Shown: positions 6,531-15,250 of the stretch, piece after piece
Numbering within the stretch: the first letter of the stretch is position 1
How the letters are laid out: the number at the start of each line of letters is the position of its first letter
DNA from: an uncultured Acholeplasmataceae bacterium
GTDB lineage: Bacteria > Bacillota_I > Bacilli_A > Acholeplasmatales > Acholeplasmataceae
Direction: 5' to 3'
Assembly (NCBI GenBank): GCA_963540905.1
Contig: CAUTRH010000001.1
Span: 1-33,262, forward strand
DNA: 33,262 bases
Translations under genes and position numbers: made by a program
Notes under the pieces: generated by a model
The model's input: only the letters and a program-made list of their open reading frames with translations
Told to the model about the DNA's origin: nothing
Databases searched by the model: none

Positions 6531-8513
6531 TTAGTAATAAATTTTAATTTGTTTAATGTTAAAACGGTGGTGATAATTATCTTTAGGTTTTTCTGTGGCG
6601 GAAAGTTTTAAACGAAAAGCGTCTGCTGATTCGCCAATTTCAAGCGAATATGTTTTGCCGTCAAATTCGTTAATGTCGGTGATTTCTTTCGCAGTTTTCC
6701 ATTCGCCGTTTGCTCTATATTGAATTTCTAATTTTTGGAATTTATTGATACCTGATTTGTTAGTCCATTTCTCCATAAAAAACTCAATTTTTGATTTAGA
6801 AGCAGTTTTTCCTAATTCCATTTCAATATAACTGAAGATGTCATTATCATTTTTGGCAACTGTAAATCCAGTTTTTCCAGAAGAAGCGCTAACACCTTTA
6901 AATTTAAGTGTATCATCTGAGCCAGTTATTTGATTTTTAATTTTTTGAGTTCGTACCTTATAACCGCTTCCTGCGGATGATTTAGTAAAATCATAGTGTT
7001 TAGTTAGTTTCATGCTACTTGGATCTTCTGGTTTAGTACCTTGAGAGATTAGCGGAACCAGTTCTTCAACAAGTTTTTTAAGAGCCTCTAGTTGTTCGGC
7101 TTGTTGTTTAGTATAGCCTTCTTCCCATTTTTCTAGTTTTACTTTTGCAACTGGGTTGTAAACATCGTTAAACTCAGTTCTTTTTGTTTGGTCTGCTTTT
7201 ACGTATTTACCAGAAACTTGATCTGGTTCTTTGTTTTCAAAAGGTAGGTCTTTAATTTCTTTTGCTTTGTCTAATACTCGCTCAGCTTCATCTTTTAATG
7301 AATTTTGTTCACCTGTTTTAACTAAATTTTGATATTTTTGAACAAGTGCTTTAAAATTATTAAATTCTGCTTGCAGTTCTTTGCTTGCCATGTCAAATTT
7401 ATGGTCGTTTAATTTTTCTTGAATATCTTCAATTTGAGCCTTAAGTTCATTTAATTGTTTTTGAGATGCGTGAACATAATGTTTGTCTTTTTTAACTTCG
7501 CTTGGAATGCGGCTAATCCATTCAAGCTGAGTAAGTTCAATGGCTTTTTGAACAGTAGCGCTAACATCTGCTGTGATGTTTTTACCGTCTTCCAGTTTTT
7601 TAGTTCCTTCAGTTACAAGTTTCTTAATTTCTTCTAGTTTAGTTTTTAACTCTTCGTACTTTGCCTTTTCTTCGTTTGTAGGTACGCGGTCAAAAGTGTA
7701 TTTAGAAACTGTTTTGTAAAGAGTGTCTAATTCTTGTTTTTTAGCGTCTGTTGCTTTGATATATTTAGTTCCTTCGTCAAACTCACTGGCCTCTTTCTCA
7801 GACCAAGTCATAGCCAGGAAACTTTTTGCTGATGCTAAAACTTTTTGAGCCTGGCTATTGCTAATGTATCCGTCTTGACGAGTACCTGTGGCAATTTTTG
7901 TTAAATTGTGTGTAACTTGACCTTTAAGAATGTTATATTCTTTAAGTTCGTTTTTAGATAGGTTTTGAGAGTCGGCTGCTTTTAGTGCGTTTAGACGGGC
8001 AACAAATTTATTTTTATCGGTAGATGTGCGAACATATTCTTTGTCTTTTTCAACCATTTCGGGTGCTTTGTTGATAAAATCTAGTGCTGCTAGTCTTTCG
8101 CCGTCTGCAATTGTTTTGTCAAACTCTGCTTTATCTACTTTATTTCCTTCAGGGTCTGGGGTAGGTTGAGTTCCGTCTTTTTTAAGAACTGTGATTGTAA
8201 AAGTTTTTTTCGCGTCTTCAATTTGCGCAGTTAAGTTAACAGTTTCGTCGTTATTTTGACAGGCAACTAAAACTTTTCCGTCTTCATCAATTTGCACAAC
8301 CTTGTCGTTTGAAGATTGCCATTTGATTTTAAATTTATCAATCTTGGTTGGAACTGTAAAATCTGACTTTACAGTGTCCTTAGTTTCACCTTGAGCAAAT
8401 TGTAGCTCTACGCCTTTGATAATTTTGTGCGGATCTGCTTTTTTACATGCAAAAGCAAAACAAAAAATTAGCGCAGCTAAGATGAAAAAGAAACTAGTTT
8501 TAAGTGCTTTCAT
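6531..8513 (-). CDS. Large surface lipoprotein with Ig-like N-domain, 4 tandem helical repeats and a C-terminal beta-rich domain
   Basis: Start reassigned to ATG 8513 (MKALKTSFFFILAALIFCFAFAC, lipobox FAFA-C) after GGGGGAAG. The track start is a TTG. There are four repeats of about 92 aa, each with a K-Y-V/I-x-A motif and ending in G-T-K/R or G-E-Q. Confidence 0.8.
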   Translation of the reverse strand: MKALKTSFFFILAALIFCFAFACKKADPHKIIKGVELQFAQGETKDTVKSDFTVPTKIDKFKIKWQSSNDKVVQIDEDGKVLVACQNNDETVNLTAQIEDAKKTFTITVLKKDGTQPTPDPEGNKVDKAEFDKTIADGERLAALDFINKAPEMVEKDKEYVRTSTDKNKFVARLNALKAADSQNLSKNELKEYNILKGQVTHNLTKIATGTRQDGYISNSQAQKVLASAKSFLAMTWSEKEASEFDEGTKYIKATDAKKQELDTLYKTVSKYTFDRVPTNEEKAKYEELKTKLEEIKKLVTEGTKKLEDGKNITADVSATVQKAIELTQLEWISRIPSEVKKDKHYVHASQKQLNELKAQIEDIQEKLNDHKFDMASKELQAEFNNFKALVQKYQNLVKTGEQNSLKDEAERVLDKAKEIKDLPFENKEPDQVSGKYVKADQTKRTEFNDVYNPVAKVKLEKWEEGYTKQQAEQLEALKKLVEELVPLISQGTKPEDPSSMKLTKHYDFTKSSAGSGYKVRTQKIKNQITGSDDTLKFKGVSASSGKTGFTVAKNDNDIFSYIEMELGKTASKSKIEFFMEKWTNKSGINKFQKLEIQYRANGEWKTAKEITDINEFDGKTYSLEIGESADAFRLKLSATEKPKDNYHHRFNIKQIKIYY

Positions 8514-8556
8514 AAATACTTCCCCCAAAGACCAAAACGTCTTTTAATACAAAGAA

Positions 8557-8594
8557 ATTATACAACATAAACCTAAAAATGTAAACGCTTACAT
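8557..8594 (-). promoter_or_regulatory. Sigma-70-type promoter of the lipoprotein gene with overlapping cre/LacI-type operator
   Basis: On the minus strand: -35 TTTACA (8580-8585), 17-nt spacer, -10 TATAAT (8557-8562). The palindrome ATGTAAACGCTTACAT (8579-8594) contains TGTAAACGCTTACA, a full match to the cre consensus TGWAANCGNTNWCA, and covers the -35. Confidence 0.6.
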
Positions 8595-8608
8595 TAGGCA
8601 AATTAAAA

Positions 8609-8628
8609 ATGGGCCAACGATGGCCCAT
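8609..8628 (-). terminator. Intrinsic terminator after the 247-aa lipoprotein gene
   Basis: ATGGGCC-AACGAT-GGCCCAT stem-loop. On the minus strand it is followed by TTTTT. Confidence 0.7.
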
Positions 8629-8642
8629 TTTCTTTATTTTTA

Positions 8643-9386
8643 TTAAAAACCGAAACTTGTAGTTGGAGTAAATCTCAATTCGCCTTTGACTCTTACTAAA
8701 AATAAGCCTTCAAAGGATTTTCTCATGCCTTCTTTGCCTTTAAGTTCTTGAATCTTTTTAAGCATTGGTTTATTTTTTAATTTTTGTTCTGATCTTCCGT
8801 CGTATTTGATTTCATACTCGGTATCAGCGATTGAAACTCTAACAGTTATATAAATATACGATTTATTGTTTTTTGTTCTAGTTTCTTCTTTGTAGTTTTT
8901 GATTTCTGCATCAAACTTAACAATTTTGTTTTCATGTGTTTCAACTTCGCTTGCTGGACGGTGAGAAATATCTACAGCTGAGTAAGTACTGTTTAGTTTT
9001 GCAAACACTGGTGCAGGTTTCTTTGCAATTTCCTTGCCATATTGACTTTCGTTTACCACTGCTTTCATGCTTACTTTATCACCAGTCTTAACACCTTTTG
9101 CATAGACATAAGTTAAGTTTAAAGCATTGCCCTCGCCGTCAATTAGTTTGTTATAGCCACCAACGTTAACATAGTAACCCTCAACGTGGATTTTTGTGCC
9201 TTTTTCTTTAGTTGCCGCTTCCTTTATGCTCATTTTTTGAAATCCATCTTCTTCTGGTTGAGGTGCTGGAGCAGGTGCTGGTGGATTTGGTGTAGGATTT
9301 GGTTTTGGTGTGTTTTTGCACGCAAACATAAATCCAGCTGATAATACTAATACAAGTGTTAAAGTGATTTTTTTAAAAATTCCCAT
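8643..9386 (-). CDS. Lipoprotein with Pro/Thr-rich linker, function unknown
   Basis: Start reassigned to ATG 9386 (MGIFKKITLTLVLVLSAGFMFAC, lipobox) 5 nt after AAGGAG. The linker is PKPNPTPNPPAPAPAPQP. The globular part was not recognised with confidence. Confidence 0.75.
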   Translation of the reverse strand: MGIFKKITLTLVLVLSAGFMFACKNTPKPNPTPNPPAPAPAPQPEEDGFQKMSIKEAATKEKGTKIHVEGYYVNVGGYNKLIDGEGNALNLTYVYAKGVKTGDKVSMKAVVNESQYGKEIAKKPAPVFAKLNSTYSAVDISHRPASEVETHENKIVKFDAEIKNYKEETRTKNNKSYIYITVRVSIADTEYEIKYDGRSEQKLKNKPMLKKIQELKGKEGMRKSFEGLFLVRVKGELRFTPTTSFGF

Positions 9387-9418
9387 TTTATCTCCTTTTT
9401 TAAAAAACTTCACTTACT

Positions 9419-9447
9419 AGTATAGACTATCAATTTCAAAAATTCAA
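9419..9447 (-). promoter_or_regulatory. Putative promoter of the 247-aa lipoprotein gene
   Basis: On the minus strand: TTGAAT (9442-9447), 17 nt, TATACT (9419-9424). Confidence 0.45.
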
Positions 9448-10061
9448 TCAATATCAGTCAAAAATGTAAGCGTTTTCACTTCAAGAGTTTCTATATCGGG
9501 GCAATCTTTAAGCGCGCTTAAACTTTCAGATGGTTGTAGTTTGATTTCTGCGTAAATTTGGTCTTTATATAAATACTTACTGTCAATTTGTTTTAAAGCA
9601 GAAACAAGGTTAAGTACTCTTTCTTTTGCGCTGTAGTTAAATCTAAAAGTTGCAAGTATGTAATTCTCTTCTTTGACTTTCTTAATTTTTTTAATGACTT
9701 CAACTGTAAGACTTCTGTAGGTTCTGGTTAAAGCAGTTAATCCCAACTTAATTCCGCCAAAGAAACGAATGATAACTACAGCAAAATCAGTGATATTTAG
9801 ATTTTTAATGGCTGTGTAAATCTGAAAACCTGCGCTTCCACCTGGTTCTTTGTCGTCACTGAACTTAAAGTTTTGCTTAATTTTATATGCGTATACATAG
9901 TGAGTAGCACCTGGATACTGCTTTTTTATTTCTATTAATTTATGTTCAAAGTCGGCGACAGTTTCCATCTTTATTACTAGTGTGTAAAAGACTGATTTTT
10001 TAATTTCCGTTACTAAATCTATGCTGTTTTTTAATAAATACACTAATCTCTCCGTGTGCAC
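9444..10061 (-). CDS. yigZ: YigZ/IMPACT family (UPF0029) protein
   Basis: 205 aa with IKKSVF, ATHYVYAY, SDDKEPGGSAG and RFFGGIKLG motifs typical of IMPACT N-domain proteins. GTG start with no clear SD, so the start is uncertain. Confidence 0.75.
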   Translation of the reverse strand: MHTERLVYLLKNSIDLVTEIKKSVFYTLVIKMETVADFEHKLIEIKKQYPGATHYVYAYKIKQNFKFSDDKEPGGSAGFQIYTAIKNLNITDFAVVIIRFFGGIKLGLTALTRTYRSLTVEVIKKIKKVKEENYILATFRFNYSAKERVLNLVSALKQIDSKYLYKDQIYAEIKLQPSESLSALKDCPDIETLEVKTLTFLTDID

Positions 10062-10092
10062 TGTGCTAAAATTACCTAAAGAGGTTTTATAA

Positions 10093-10491
10093 ATGAAAGA
10101 AAAACAAATTTCTCTAACTGCTCTTTATTTATATCTTACAACAGTGCTTGCTGCTATCGCAAGTGCGGTGCTACTAAGTGCATTTAACTTAATAAAGGCA
10201 AATACTACTGACTTAAAACCAGAAATTCAGTCATCTGCTCAACTTTCTTTAATTTTAACAACAGCGGTAATTATGTTGATTGTGGCAGCAATTTCAGCGT
10301 TTACTTATTTAATTTTTTATGTGCTAACTTATATTAAAAACAACCAAATTACTAAAAAGTTTGATTTTGTTTGTTTCTTAATTGGTTTTTTCATTCCAAT
10401 ATTTGCGCTTATCTTTATTGTCAAAGTCGGACTTTTGCAAAACAAATGTCTTTGCAAAAAAACATGTAATGCAGAAAACAATCAAAATTAA
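10093..10491 (+). CDS. Small integral membrane protein (3 predicted TM helices, Cys-rich tail)
   Basis: 132-aa ORF with RBS AGAGG 7 nt upstream, three hydrophobic segments and the tail NKCLCKKTCNAENNQN. No family recognised. Confidence 0.6.
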   Translation: MKEKQISLTALYLYLTTVLAAIASAVLLSAFNLIKANTTDLKPEIQSSAQLSLILTTAVIMLIVAAISAFTYLIFYVLTYIKNNQITKKFDFVCFLIGFFIPIFALIFIVKVGLLQNKCLCKKTCNAENNQN

Positions 10492-10512
10492 CTTAAAAAA
10501 TCAAATCGACCT

Positions 10513-10541
10513 AAAAAACCCCATAATTATGGGGGCTTTTT
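10513..10541 (+). terminator. Putative intrinsic terminator after the membrane-protein gene
   Basis: AAAAAA-CCCCAT-AATT-ATGGGG-GCTTTTT. The likely cca start codon (10529-10531) is inside the 3' arm. Confidence 0.5.
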
Positions 10542-11644
10542 ATATTTTAAGAAAATTAGAAGACACAGGGTATTCTGCGTACATTGTAGGCGGATTTGTT
10601 CGTGATTTGGTTTGTGGGTTTAAAAACTTAAGTACAGATATCGACATCACTACAAGCGCAGAACCCACAGAAATTAAAAAAGTATTTAAACACACTTTTG
10701 ACAAAGGTATCAAATACGGCACAGTTGGCGTGTTGGTCGGCGGAGTTGCTTACGATGTGACGACTTACCGAAGTGAAAAAAACTACCAAGACAGCAGGCA
10801 TCCCGAAACTATTGTTTTTACCAAAGAAATTAATGAAGACTTAGTTAGAAGAGACTTTGCGATAAATGCACTAATCCTGGATAAAAACTATACAGTTTTA
10901 GACTATGTTGGTGGGCTTTCTGATATCAAAAACAAACAAATTAAAACAATAGGAACGCCAGACAATCGTTTTAAAGAAGATGCACTTAGACTAATTCGCT
11001 TGATTTACTTTCAAACAAAACTGGGTTTTTCAATAGAAACCAACACTAAAGAAAGTTTAAATAACCTTAGTTATTTAGTAAAAGAAATCCACCCTGAACG
11101 CATAACAAGCGAGTTTACTAAGGTTTTTTTAAATGGATATTTTCGTGAGTTTATCAATAATTTACGTGAAACTAAGATGTTTGATATAATTATTAAGCGC
11201 AAGTTTACAGACAATCTACTAAATGATTTTACTAACTGCTTAAATGTAGACGAGATGTTGGTTTTTCTGAATTTCTTTGAAAAACAAGAAAACCCATATT
11301 TAATCTAAACAAACAAAGTTAAAAATCAAATTAAGTTTGTTAAAAAGATTATTGAAAATAAGTATCTGGAAAAAGATTTGCGCGTAAACTTGATTCGCTT
11401 TCAAACAGAGACTATAGACCTTGCTTTAAAAATTGCTAAATATTTTTACAATAAAGATTACTGTCGAAATGAAGTTGTTTCAGATGTTAAAAGATATCTT
11501 GAAGCAGAGAAATACATTAAAAGTAAAAATATCAACTACGAAAAACTATTTAAAAATAAAGCAAAGGCTGAATATGGTGAACTTATTTTGATGCTCATCA
11601 AAAAAGTGGCCGATGAAGGATACCTACTGAATGAAATTAATTAA
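10529..11644 (+). pseudogene. cca: CCA-adding enzyme / tRNA nucleotidyltransferase interrupted by one in-frame TAA (11306-11308)
   Basis: MGAFYILRKLEDTGYSAYIVGGFVRDLV..DIDITT is the Pol-beta nucleotidyltransferase head. The 88-aa track ORF (11378-11644, TTG start) is in the same frame, and every codon between it and the TAA is sense. The joined length of 371 aa is normal for cca. Alternative start at ATG 10469. Confidence 0.75.
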
Positions 11645-11661
11645 AAAAACAAATCTAAGAC

Positions 11662-13167
11662 TTAAAAATTTTGGTTTTTTTGCTTTCTTAAAAAGACACA
11701 CAATAAAGTTGCTTTTCTATATTTTAGTTGTAGCAAATAATAATTATAACTATTAAAATAATCGCTTTCTTTTAGCGCTTCGAATAAACCTGGAAACTCA
11801 ACGAAAGGATTTGAGTTACCTTGATATTTTAAAATTATTTTATTTCGTCTTTTTTCAAATTCAGAAATGGGGGTTTCTACACCCCATTTTTTAATTTCTG
11901 AAAGCGAACCCATCATAGTTGAAACTCGGCTGTAGTTTAGGTTTTCAAAATCAATTAGCTTAAGTTCAGGGTAAATTAAAGCCATGTAAAAAAGGATACG
12001 AGCGACTTCTCCGCTTGAGACTTTAGACGGCCAAAATTGTTGGTTTTTTAAAGTATATCTAAAAGGATTTGATAAATCTTGGTGCTCACTAAAAAAATAG
12101 TTTGACCTAAACTGATTGACTTTAGCGGTTGAAAGTCTAAGGTTGTGCAGATCAGTTCTAATATCACGATCGCTTTGTTGAACCCTTTTCAAGCCTAGGC
12201 GTGAGTTTGGCCAAACGTGTTCTTTGTTAAGTTCTTTACCATCCCAAACTGCAGGATAAAGTTTGTTGTCATAAATTGTGGTAATTTGTGTAAGGTCATC
12301 AATTGACTTGTCTGAGTTTATTAGCACACCCTGACATTGATTGTATGTGAGGTATGTAAGTGGTTTGAAGTTTTCCTTTAACGAGGCGATTAAAGAGTTT
12401 ATCTCTGCCTTGTTTTTTGGATTTAATTTTTCAAGTTGAATGTCATTGTTAACGTTATTTTCTTCACAAATATAAGGAAAATAAATAAAGGTTGTGTATT
12501 TTTGTTGGTTAATAGATATATATTTAGTTTTAATAAAAATCAGCTCACCAACCATGTAATTAGGCTTTTCTGGATAGATTTTGATGTTTTCAAAGTTTTT
12601 AAAATTAGCCGTAACTTTACCTAAATACTCTTGTTTGGAAAATTGGTAAATCAGTTTTTCAACTTCTTTTTCATACTCCTGTTCTGTGGACTCACTATGC
12701 TTAAACTTAGATAAAGTAATTAAAAAACTTGGGTCAAAATTATAATATTTTAGATTTTCTATTGCTTTAATTATTTTTATTTTTTCGCCTAACAAAGCGT
12801 TTTTGTAACCTTTAATTTCCAAAATAAATTCTTTTTTAAATCCACTAATTTCTGCAAGTAACTTAGTTTTAGTATCTAAAAAAGGTTGCGCAACTTCACC
12901 TGTTTTTAAGTCAACTAATTTGTTATTTGCAGACCAGTTTACAGTTTTGCCAAGATACATTTTAGGCAAATATACTTTAGTTAAAATTTCATTTTTAAAA
13001 CTTTGCTCAATTGAAAGTCCTGAGGTTGGATTGTTTTTATTGCCCAAGTTTTTGAGCAATAAAAAAACAACAACCAAAGAGATTGCTATAAACAAAAGTG
13101 TAGCCTCAGCTACATTGAAAAATTGACTTCTTCTCCTTTTGTCAACAATTTCAATGGTGTTGTTCAT
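11662..13167 (-). CDS. Membrane-anchored extracellular nuclease, endonuclease I family C-terminal domain
   Basis: 501 aa with N-terminal TM anchor ATLLFIAISLVVVFLLL. The C-terminal part has EHVWPNS, DLHNLRLSTAKVNQFRSN and ARILFYM motifs typical of Endonuclease_1. Confidence 0.75.
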   Translation of the reverse strand: MNNTIEIVDKRRRSQFFNVAEATLLFIAISLVVVFLLLKNLGNKNNPTSGLSIEQSFKNEILTKVYLPKMYLGKTVNWSANNKLVDLKTGEVAQPFLDTKTKLLAEISGFKKEFILEIKGYKNALLGEKIKIIKAIENLKYYNFDPSFLITLSKFKHSESTEQEYEKEVEKLIYQFSKQEYLGKVTANFKNFENIKIYPEKPNYMVGELIFIKTKYISINQQKYTTFIYFPYICEENNVNNDIQLEKLNPKNKAEINSLIASLKENFKPLTYLTYNQCQGVLINSDKSIDDLTQITTIYDNKLYPAVWDGKELNKEHVWPNSRLGLKRVQQSDRDIRTDLHNLRLSTAKVNQFRSNYFFSEHQDLSNPFRYTLKNQQFWPSKVSSGEVARILFYMALIYPELKLIDFENLNYSRVSTMMGSLSEIKKWGVETPISEFEKRRNKIILKYQGNSNPFVEFPGLFEALKESDYFNSYNYYLLQLKYRKATLLCVFLRKQKNQNF

Positions 13168-13190
13168 TTAAAAAATTATTTTTTGATTTT

Positions 13191-14555
13191 CTAGTAGTTT
13201 AGGTTTTTAGAGGTTCTTGGGAAAGGCACAACATCACGGATGTTTTCAATACCAGTTATAAACATCACAAGTCGCTCAAATCCAAGTCCAAAGCCTGCAG
13301 ACTGAGTGCCGCCATGTCTTCTTAAATCCAAATACCATTTAAGTGGTTCAATGTCCATTTTGAGTTCTTGCATACGACTAAGCAGTTTATCGTAGTCATC
13401 TTCGCGTTGTGAACCGCCGATTAACTCACCAGACTTAGCAACAAGCAAATCGCAGGCTGCCACGGTTTCGTTGTCGTAGTTTTGTTTCATGTAAAAGGCT
13501 TTAATTTCTTTTGGCCAGTTGTAGATAAAAACAGGCGACTTGAAATAAACATCAGTTAAGTATTTTTCGTGTTCAGTAAATATGTCTTGACCATGCTTTG
13601 GTTCGTTTTCGAACTTAACTTTAGCCTTCTTTAAAATATCTATCGCCTCGGCGTGGGTGACTCTCGCAAAAGGTTTGTCTTTAACTTCAGTTAGCCTGTC
13701 AATTAAACCAGGTTCTACAAACTTATTAAAAAGTGCAAGTTCTGGTTGCAGTTTCAAAAACGCCTCGTTTATTAAAAACTTAACCATTTCCTCGGCTAAA
13801 GCCATGTCTTTTTCAAGGTCAAAGAAAGCAATTTCGGGCTCTACCATCCAAAACTCAGCCGCGTGTTTAGGAGTGTTTGATTTCTCTGCTCTAAAGGTAG
13901 GTCCAAAAGTATAGACTCTTTGAAATGCTTGTGCGTAAGCCTCGGCGTGTAGTTGTCCAGTTACTGTTAAGATAGCCTTTTTTTCAAAAAAATCTTTTTT
14001 ATAGTCAGTTTGACCTGGCTTTAGCGTAGAGACTACAAACATCTCACCAGCACCTTCTCCGTCATTTGAAGTTATGATTGGTGAGTTTAGATAAATAAAT
14101 CCCTTTTCTTGAAAGAAAGTGTGAATAGCGTGTGCAAGTACAGAACGGGTTCTAAAAACTGCGTTAAATAAATTGGTGCGTGGTCTTAACTCAAGGTGTT
14201 CTCGCAAAAACTCACGGGTGTGTCTTTTTGGTTGAATTGGATAGTCTGGGTCTGTGTTTTTAATAATTTTGACTTCAATTGCTTTGATTTCAAAACTCTG
14301 TGCACGGTCTGGGGTGAGAACTACAACACCAATGACTGAAATAGAAGCACCTGAGTTTAACTTAGCGACATCTGCGAAATTACTCAAACCAGCCTCGTAA
14401 ATCACTTGGATGTTTTCAAGTCTAAGACCGTCGTTTAAAGCGATAAACCCAAACTCTTTTTGGTCGCGATTAGTTTTAATCCAGCCATTTATAGTAATTT
14501 CTTTGCCAGCATAATCTTTGAAGTTGGTGGCTAAAATTTGTGAATCTATTAACAT
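13191..14555 (-). CDS. asnS: Asparagine--tRNA ligase
   Basis: Class II aaRS of 454 aa with an OB N-domain, FRAEKSNTPKHAAEFWMVEPE (AsnRS motif 2 region) and GFGLGFERL (motif 3). Confidence 0.9.
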   Translation of the reverse strand: MLIDSQILATNFKDYAGKEITINGWIKTNRDQKEFGFIALNDGLRLENIQVIYEAGLSNFADVAKLNSGASISVIGVVVLTPDRAQSFEIKAIEVKIIKNTDPDYPIQPKRHTREFLREHLELRPRTNLFNAVFRTRSVLAHAIHTFFQEKGFIYLNSPIITSNDGEGAGEMFVVSTLKPGQTDYKKDFFEKKAILTVTGQLHAEAYAQAFQRVYTFGPTFRAEKSNTPKHAAEFWMVEPEIAFFDLEKDMALAEEMVKFLINEAFLKLQPELALFNKFVEPGLIDRLTEVKDKPFARVTHAEAIDILKKAKVKFENEPKHGQDIFTEHEKYLTDVYFKSPVFIYNWPKEIKAFYMKQNYDNETVAACDLLVAKSGELIGGSQREDDYDKLLSRMQELKMDIEPLKWYLDLRRHGGTQSAGFGLGFERLVMFITGIENIRDVVPFPRTSKNLNY

Positions 14556-14621
14556 CTCTACTCCTTTTTTAATTTAAGATATCTATATAGTTCTTCAAGT
14601 AAATAATAAGTACTTAAAAAA

Positions 14622-15248
14622 CTAATCTTCTTGCTCTTGACTAGGTTTTTTATTTTCAACAAAAGAGATTGTCAAAACTCGGTCTTTACCTTCACCGTGT
14701 GAATGAGTCTGAATTTTTTTCCAGTCGCTTAGTTTTTCGTGAATTATATGGCGTTCATATGAGTTTAAGTTTTTGAGTTCTACAGACGCTTTACTTGCCA
14801 AAACTTTTTTAGCCTCTTTAGTTGCCAAAATCTCTAAAATGGTTTTGCGTTTAGCAAGGTAACCTGAGATGTCTAAAACAACCTCGGTTTGTTCTTCACA
14901 AAACTGCTTTGTCGCGATTTTTGTCAAAACAGCAAGCGAATGCAGTGTGTTTCCACGGTTCCCGATTAAAAAAGCGTTTTCAGAAGTCTCTAAATTAAAA
15001 ACAATTAGTTTGCCTTGTTCAAGAGTTCTAAACTCAATTTTAAGGTCAATATCAAGAGTCTTAAAGATGTTTTCTAAATACTCCTTGGCAATCAACGCAG
15101 GAGATTGTTTGACAAAAACATTAAAAGTTCCAGGAGTAGTTGAAATGGCTTTAAGTTGGGTTGGATTGCAAAGCAGTTCTTTAGCAGCAATTTGAATCGC
15201 TGCCTCTGCAGAATCTGCTTGAATGTTGTCAAGTTCTTTAATATTCAT
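14622..15248 (-). CDS. jag: Jag/KhpB RNA-binding protein (Jag_N-KH-R3H)
   Basis: 208 aa with LIGNRGNTLHSL (KH) and SYERHIIHEKL (R3H). Occupies the conserved position downstream of yidC. Confidence 0.85.
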   Translation of the reverse strand: MNIKELDNIQADSAEAAIQIAAKELLCNPTQLKAISTTPGTFNVFVKQSPALIAKEYLENIFKTLDIDLKIEFRTLEQGKLIVFNLETSENAFLIGNRGNTLHSLAVLTKIATKQFCEEQTEVVLDISGYLAKRKTILEILATKEAKKVLASKASVELKNLNSYERHIIHEKLSDWKKIQTHSHGEGKDRVLTISFVENKKPSQEQED

Positions 15249-15250
15249 AA

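Noticed and set aside
10382-10528. Upstream 49-codon extension of the cca ORF that overlaps the membrane-protein gene.
   Set aside because: The extension overlaps gene 10093-10491 in another frame and crosses a terminator-like hairpin. The conserved cca N-terminus (AFYILRKLEDTGYSAYIVGGFVRD) begins right after ATG 10529.
11378-11644. 88-aa ORF treated as an independent gene.
   Set aside because: It has a TTG start with no RBS. It is in frame with, and contiguous to, the upstream cca ORF across a single TAA, and it looks like the cca C-terminal tail domain.
2362-14621. T-box riboswitch leaders upstream of trpS, tyrS, asnS (and serS at 25517-25522).
   Set aside because: The upstream gaps are only -14 to 66 nt, with no room for a ~200-nt T-box and no specifier-loop or T-box sequence visible.
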